Assembly (NCBI GenBank): GCA_963727485.1
Contig: CAVSGM010000001.1
Location: forward strand, 896,001-960,000
Reading direction: 5' to 3'
From: an uncultured delta proteobacterium
GTDB taxonomy: Bacteria > Myxococcota > Myxococcia > SLRQ01
DNA length: 64,000 nucleotides
Shown here: positions 56,896 to 64,000 of the stretch, one piece after another
Position numbering within the stretch: the stretch's first letter is position 1
Layout: every line of letters begins with the position of its first letter
Made by a program: the position numbers and the translations under genes
Notes under the pieces: model-generated
Told to the model about the DNA's origin: nothing
The model's database searches: none
Seen by the model: only the letters and a program-made list of their open reading frames with translations

Positions 56896-59415
56896 TCAGC
56901 CCGGCGTCTCGGGCCAGCGGTGCTTGGGGTACCGCCGGGAGAGCTCCCGGCGGATCTCCGGGTAGTGGCGGGTCCAGAACCCGGCGAGGTCCTGGGTGAT
57001 CTGCACCGGGCGGCGGTTGGGGGCCAGGAGCCGGACCTGGAGCGGCACCTGGCCGCCCCCGACGCGCGGGGTCTCGGCCAGCCCGAAGAAGTCCTGAATC
57101 CGCGAGGCCACGTAGGGCGGGGCGTCCTCGGGGTAGTGGACCGGCACGCGCTTGCGGCCGGGGAGGGCGATGGCCGTGGGCGCCAGGCGGTCGAGGTCCC
57201 GGCGTGCCTCCCAGGAGAGGCCCCCGAGGAGCGCCTCGACCAGATCCCCGTGGGCGAGGTCGGCGAGCTTGGCGTGGCCGAGGCAGAGGCGCTCGACCGC
57301 GGCGCGGATCGCCGCGTCGTCGAGCTCGAAGAACCCGGCGTCCGGGGCCACAGAGGCGGCGAGGCGCAGGCGTCCGGCGAGGTCGGCGAGGCGCTCGGGG
57401 TCCGCGTAGGCCTGGACGCCCGCCTTGAGCGCCTGCTCGGCGAGGATCCGTGCCGCCTCGGGGTGGTCTTCGGCGCGCACCCGGCTCTCGGCGAGGACCA
57501 CGGCGCCGTAGCGCATCCGGGAGAAGGCGTCGACCCGGCCCGCGGCGCCGTTCCACTCGGCCTCGACGCCGTCGGTGATGCGCTCGGGGAAGAGGTCGAG
57601 GAGCCAGTCGGCCTCGATGGCGCTGGCGAGGTCGACCACGGTGGTGGCGCCCCGGGGACCCTTCCGCTCCCGGGCGTCCACGGCGACCATCAGCTCCGCG
57701 TCGCGGACCACGCTGGTCTCGGAGAGGACGACCTCGGTGCCGCCGGCGAGGAGGAGCTCGGGGGCCCCGGGGCGGCGGCGGCGGGCGACCCGGTCGGGCC
57801 AGGCGGCGAGGACCGCGTGGCGCAGGGCGTCCTCGGCCTCGGGGCCTTCGGCGAGGGGAGGGCGGGCGCCCTCGGGGCGGCGGCGGAGGAGCTGGCGCCG
57901 CGCCCGGTCCACCGCCCGGGCCGCCCCCGGGTCCAGGCCCTGGCGGCGCAGGGCCGAGGGATCGAAGCCGGCCCGCTCGGCCTCGGCGAAGCGGTCGAGG
58001 CGGTCGAGGAGGTCCGAGGGGCCGGCGCGGGTGGCGCCCCGGGGGCCGCCGCGTCCCGGGCCCCGGGCGACCAGGTCCCGCTCCCCGAGGAGGGCGGCGA
58101 CGGTGCAGGCGTCCGCGAAGACCCCCCGGGCGGCGGCCTCGAGGAGGAGGGTGCCGAGGCGCGGGTGGACCGGCCAGCCGAGGAGCGTCCGGCCGGTGGC
58201 GGTGGGGACCCCGGCGTCGTCCACGGCGCCGAGGTCCCGGAGCAGGGCCCGGGCGGCGTCGAGGGCGGCGGTCGGGGGCGCCTCGAGCCAGGCGAGCGCC
58301 GCGGGATTGGGGATCCCGAGGCCCGCCAGGGAGAGCACGGTCTCGGCGAGGTCGAGGCGGCGGATCTCGGGGGCGTCGTGGTCGGGGCGGCCGCCGAGGT
58401 CGTGGGCGGTGTAGAGGCGCAGGCAGCGGCCCGGCCCGGTGCGCCCGGCGCGGCCGGCGCGCTGGGTCGCCGAGGCCCGGGAGATCTTCGCCACCTCCAG
58501 GGTGGGCAGGCCCGAGAAGGCCCCGTGGCCGGCGACCCGGTGGAGGCCGCTGTCGACCACGGCGACCACCCCGTCGATGGTGATCGACGACTCGGCGACG
58601 TTGGTGGAGAGGATGACCTTCCGGCGCTGGCTCGGGGCGAGCGCCCGGTCCTGGTCCCGGGCGGGCAGCTGGCCGTGGAGCATCACCACCTCGAGGTCGG
58701 CGTGGGCGGCGTACCCGGCGAGCGCCTCGCGGCTCCGGCGGATCTCGGCGGCGCCGGGGAGGAAGACCAGGACGTCGCCGTCGAGCCCCTCGTTGACCAG
58801 CCGGCGGACGGCGCTGACCACCTGCTGGTCGAGGTGGCGGTCGTCGGGGCGCTCGAGGTGGTCGATCTCCACTTCGAAGCGCCGGCCCTCGCTGCGGAGG
58901 ATCGGGGCGCCCTGGAGATAGGCGGCCACCGGGTCGGCCTCGAGGGTGGCGGACATGGCCACCACCGCGAGGTCGGGGCGAGGGCCCTCGCGCAGGCGCC
59001 GGAGGAGGGCCAGGGCCACGTCGGTGTGGAGGTGGCGCTCGTGGAGCTCGTCGAGGAGCACGGCGCCGACGCCGTTGAGCGACGGGTCGTCCTGGAGCCG
59101 GCGGACGAAGAGGCCCTCGGTGAGGAAGAGGATCCGGGTCTTCTTGCCGGCGACCCGCTCGAAGCGCACCTGGTAGCCCACCTCGTCGCCGAGGCGGCCC
59201 CGGCGCTCGCTGGCGACCCGGGTGGCGGCGAGGCGGGCGGCCAGGCGCCTGGGCTCCAGGACCAGCACCTGGCCCGCGATCCCCGCGTCGAGGAGCGCCG
59301 GGGGCACCCGGGTGGTCTTCCCGGCCCCCGGCGGCGCCTCGAGGACCAGGCGGCCGGTCTCGCGCACGGCGCGCGTGAGCTCGGGGAGGAGCGGGTCGAT
59401 GGGAAGGCGGTCCAC
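56896..59415 (-). CDS. hrpB: ATP-dependent helicase HrpB
   Basis: [62 protein letters not shown]...Y, YPKH.WP. Confidence 0.95.
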   Translation of the reverse strand: MDRLPIDPLLPELTRAVRETGRLVLEAPPGAGKTTRVPPALLDAGIAGQVLVLEPRRLAARLAATRVASERRGRLGDEVGYQVRFERVAGKKTRILFLTEGLFVRRLQDDPSLNGVGAVLLDELHERHLHTDVALALLRRLREGPRPDLAVVAMSATLEADPVAAYLQGAPILRSEGRRFEVEIDHLERPDDRHLDQQVVSAVRRLVNEGLDGDVLVFLPGAAEIRRSREALAGYAAHADLEVVMLHGQLPARDQDRALAPSQRRKVILSTNVAESSITIDGVVAVVDSGLHRVAGHGAFSGLPTLEVAKISRASATQRAGRAGRTGPGRCLRLYTAHDLGGRPDHDAPEIRRLDLAETVLSLAGLGIPNPAALAWLEAPPTAALDAARALLRDLGAVDDAGVPTATGRTLLGWPVHPRLGTLLLEAAARGVFADACTVAALLGERDLVARGPGRGGPRGATRAGPSDLLDRLDRFAEAERAGFDPSALRRQGLDPGAARAVDRARRQLLRRRPEGARPPLAEGPEAEDALRHAVLAAWPDRVARRRRPGAPELLLAGGTEVVLSETSVVRDAELMVAVDARERKGPRGATTVVDLASAIEADWLLDLFPERITDGVEAEWNGAAGRVDAFSRMRYGAVVLAESRVRAEDHPEAARILAEQALKAGVQAYADPERLADLAGRLRLAASVAPDAGFFELDDAAIRAAVERLCLGHAKLADLAHGDLVEALLGGLSWEARRDLDRLAPTAIALPGRKRVPVHYPEDAPPYVASRIQDFFGLAETPRVGGGQVPLQVRLLAPNRRPVQITQDLAGFWTRHYPEIRRELSRRYPKHRWPETPG

Positions 59416-59555
59416 GCGGCTGGCCTCCAGGGGCGGCTGCCCTAGCTTGGCCCGAAGGTGCCACGGATGCCCGCCGGGGTCGAACCTGCCCGTGGCAGGG
59501 GTCGCCAGGGCGGGGTGCATCCGGTACATAGAAGGCCGACGCCAGAGGAGGCCAC

Positions 59556-59803
59556 ATGCCCACGCCCGCGCAGGAAGCACAGCCCGAAGTCGTCCCCTTC
59601 AATCACCTCCGCGCCCGGGGCTTCAAGTCTCCGTTCGGGGCCTTCGACGGCACCGTCTTCTGTCCCCACTGTGGCAGCCACTACCCGCGCGAGGACCTCG
59701 GGGTCCTCGCCGAGGCCGAGGCCGGCGGCGTCCGCTACCTCGCGGTGAGCTGCCCCAAGTGCCACGCCCACGGCATCCTCCGCGGGCGCGGCGAGGAGGC
59801 CTG

Positions 59804-59804
<1 letters not shown>
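59556..59804 (+). CDS. Small Zn-finger protein
   Basis: GAGG RBS; CPHC...CPKC; TGATG overlap with acs. Confidence 0.65.
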
Positions 59805-61742
<1,938 letters not shown>

Positions 61743-61773
61743 CGCCGGGGCACGGAGCGGAAGCGGCGGAGCC

Positions 61774-62523
61774 GTGAACCTCATCCTCCTCGACCCGGTT
61801 GAGCTCGGCGACGACGGGGTGGTGCGCCTGGTCGGACGCCGGGCCGACCACCTGCGCCAGGTGGTGCGTCCGGCGATGGGCGCGACGCTCCGGGTGGGCG
61901 TGATCCACGGCCGGCGCGGCACCGGGGTGGTGCGCGCCGTGGACGACGAGGGGGTCGAGCTCGAGGTCGCCCTCGAGGGCGAGCCCACCCCCGACCCGGG
62001 CCTCCACCTGGTCCTGGCGGTGCCGAGGCCCAAGGCCCTGCGGCGCATCCTCCAGTCCGCCGCCGCCCTCGGGGTCTCGCGCATCGACCTCACCAACGCC
62101 TGGCGGGTGGAGAAGAGCTACCTCGACTCCCCGCGCCTCACCGCCCCGGCGCTCCACGAGGCGCTGGTCCTCGGGTGCGAGCAGGGGATGACCACCTGGC
62201 TCCCGGCGGTCACGGTGCACCGGCGCCTGACGCCGCTGTTGGAGACCCTGCCCCCGCCGGAGACCGAGGTGGCGATCCTCGCCGACCCGGTGGCCGACGG
62301 CTGGCTCGAGGACGTCCCGGGCCTCCGCGCCGGCGACGGCGGCACCCGGCGGCTCGTGGTCGCCGTGGGGCCCGAGGGCGGATGGATTGACCGGGAGCGG
62401 GCGAGCTTCGCCGAGCGGGGCTTCGTGGCGGCGCGCCTCGCCGACGGGGTGATGCGCACCGAGACCGCGGTCACCGCGCTGCTGGCCGAGCTGGCGCTGC
62501 TCCGGCGGCTCAGCGGCAGCTGA
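61774..62523 (+). CDS. rsmE: 16S rRNA m3U1498 methyltransferase RsmE-like
   Basis: HL..V.R, LAVPRPK, EQG, VGPEGGW, MRTETA SPOUT motifs. Confidence 0.85.
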   Translation: MNLILLDPVELGDDGVVRLVGRRADHLRQVVRPAMGATLRVGVIHGRRGTGVVRAVDDEGVELEVALEGEPTPDPGLHLVLAVPRPKALRRILQSAAALGVSRIDLTNAWRVEKSYLDSPRLTAPALHEALVLGCEQGMTTWLPAVTVHRRLTPLLETLPPPETEVAILADPVADGWLEDVPGLRAGDGGTRRLVVAVGPEGGWIDRERASFAERGFVAARLADGVMRTETAVTALLAELALLRRLSGS

Positions 62524-63403
62524 AGCGGAAGCTGTCGTCGAGGGCCACCGGGAGCACCAGGGTGCTCAAGCCCAGCTGGTTGGCCTTCTGGCACAGGGCC
62601 GCCCGGGCCGCGGCGTCGGTCCGATAGGTCTTCTTGTACTCGGCGTTGAGCACGGCCTTCCCGGCGTCGACGAAGGCCTTGAGCTTGCCGCACTCCTGGT
62701 ACTGGAAGCACTGCTCGTTGAGGGCGAAGTCGAAGTCGCCCTCCAGCTGGGCCACCTGGTCGAGGTCGTTCTTCAGGGCGACGGCGAGGCCCCGGGCGTG
62801 GGCCTCGGTGGCGAGGAAGCGGTCGTAGTCGAGCTGGTCGGCGGCGGTGAGCCCCAGGCCGTTGGGGTTGGCGTAGCCGTCGACGTTGTCGGGCTCCACC
62901 CCGTCGCAGCCCTTCTGCACCGCGAGGTCGAGGCGCGCCCTCATGATCCGCCGGACGTTCGCCGAGCGGACGTCCACCCAGCGCTCCCCGGCCCAGCCCG
63001 AGAGGGGCTTGCCCAGGTCGGCGGCCTTGAACTCACCGGCGTCGGGGCGCCAGTTCTCGTCCGACCCCGCGGAGAAGTAGCAGACCACCTTGCGCCCCTT
63101 TGCCTGGAGCGAGGCGATGAGGGATGCCGGCGAGTCGAAGAGGTCGATGTCGTAGAGGGCGGCGTCGTAGCTGGTGTTCACGGTGCCGGTGAGCTGCCAC
63201 TGCCAGGTGGTGCCCGGCGCCGGGTGGAACCAGGTCGCGGCGGCGGTGCCGCCGTCGGTGGTGCCGGCGTCGGTTGCACCTGCGTCGGTTGCACCCGCGC
63301 CGGGGGCGCCGACCCGAGGGACGCCGCAGCCACACAGCCACAGGGCCCCGGCCGCAAGCAGCAGGAGCCGGGCTCGCCGTCCCGTGAGGTCGCCTCGCCG
63401 CAT
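62510..63403 (-). CDS. Endo-alpha-1,4-polygalactosaminidase (GH114-like) lipoprotein
   Basis: TWQWQL, YDIDLFD, VCYFSAGS.E.WRPD, GCDGVEPDNVDGY, LKNDL.Q, NEQC..Y.EC, GKAV..AEY. Confidence 0.9.
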   Translation of the reverse strand: MRRGDLTGRRARLLLLAAGALWLCGCGVPRVGAPGAGATDAGATDAGTTDGGTAAATWFHPAPGTTWQWQLTGTVNTSYDAALYDIDLFDSPASLIASLQAKGRKVVCYFSAGSDENWRPDAGEFKAADLGKPLSGWAGERWVDVRSANVRRIMRARLDLAVQKGCDGVEPDNVDGYANPNGLGLTAADQLDYDRFLATEAHARGLAVALKNDLDQVAQLEGDFDFALNEQCFQYQECGKLKAFVDAGKAVLNAEYKKTYRTDAAARAALCQKANQLGLSTLVLPVALDDSFRFSCR

Positions 63404-63444
63404 TCCCCCAGAGTCTCGCACAACGGTCCGGGTCCCGCCGCCCC

Positions 63445-64000
63445 CTACTCGTCGGCCATCACCCCGACCTGGGTCCCGTCGCCCATGGGGATGAGCGTCA
63501 GCGTCGCCCGGAGCTTGCCCCGGCGGATGCGGAGGACCTGGGGCGAGAGCGACTTCTCCAGGTGCCAGCCGTGGGCCGGCAGCGCCCGGCGGAGGAACGC
63601 CCGGGTCTTCGCCGCCGACGCCGGGACCCGGTAGCTGGTGATGCCGCCGAGGGTCATGCCCTTCTTGGCGCCCTTGGGCATGGGGAGCTGATCGAGGGTG
63701 GCGGCGTTGTGCCGGGCGGAGCGGCAGGCGTCGGGGAGGACGAGCTTCACCGCGTTCCCGTGGCCGTGGAGGTGGGACGAGGTGAAGGTCCAGGTCAGGG
63801 GCGGTACCTTGGCCTTGGCTCCGCCCGCCAGCGCCACGCGTCCGTGGCTCGCCAGCGGCGCGCCCTGGGCGTCGAGGGAGACCTCGCCCTGCACCCGGGC
63901 GCGGCGGCTCACCAGGGGCTCGGTGGTGTCGAAGGTGTAGGTCGTCACCGGGACCCCGGAGACCTCGGCGGTTCCGGTGCGCTTCAGGGCGCGCCGGGGG
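63445..64000 (-). CDS. Hypothetical protein (5' end outside the window)
   Basis: Open frame with GC3-rich codons continuing toward the window edge; ends ..VGVMADE. Confidence 0.55.
   Translation of the reverse strand, partial: PRRALKRTGTAEVSGVPVTTYTFDTTEPLVSRRARVQGEVSLDAQGAPLASHGRVALAGGAKAKVPPLTWTFTSSHLHGHGNAVKLVLPDACRSARHNAATLDQLPMPKGAKKGMTLGGITSYRVPASAAKTRAFLRRALPAHGWHLEKSLSPQVLRIRRGKLRATLTLIPMGDGTQVGVMADE

Overview
Very GC-rich bacterial DNA, most consistent with a Myxococcota/deltaproteobacterial genome (MYXO-CTERM-like C-terminal anchors, TDGG/DAG-rich linkers, many lipoproteins). The assembly has many single-base indels, several at GATC sites, which split real genes across reading frames, so many long ORFs in the track are chimeric or antisense shadows. 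Housekeeping genes include gor, thiC with a TPP riboswitch, cysC, dinB, apaG, xth, gltA, corA, an MscS channel, hrpB, acs and rsmE. The best candidate for an undescribed system is a translationally coupled operon at 33.1-38.8 kb. It encodes a Zn-ribbon membrane protein, a radical SAM/SPASM enzyme, a paralogous pseudo-radical SAM protein lacking CxxxCxxC, a DUF2207-like membrane protein ending in CACACAGCACACACAGGGV, and a methyltransferase. Divergent from it is a PrdB/GrdB-like selenoprotein gene hidden by an in-frame UGA (UxxC motif, SECIS-like hairpin). Also notable: a temptin-like CxxCH Ig surface protein, a decayed AbiE toxin-antitoxin with an operator-like palindrome, an orphan Rhs toxin/immunity cassette, DprE1/DprE2 homologues, and three tandem KP-43-type subtilases sharing an unnamed Cys-bounded domain. 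All family assignments come from motif recognition; no database searches were run.
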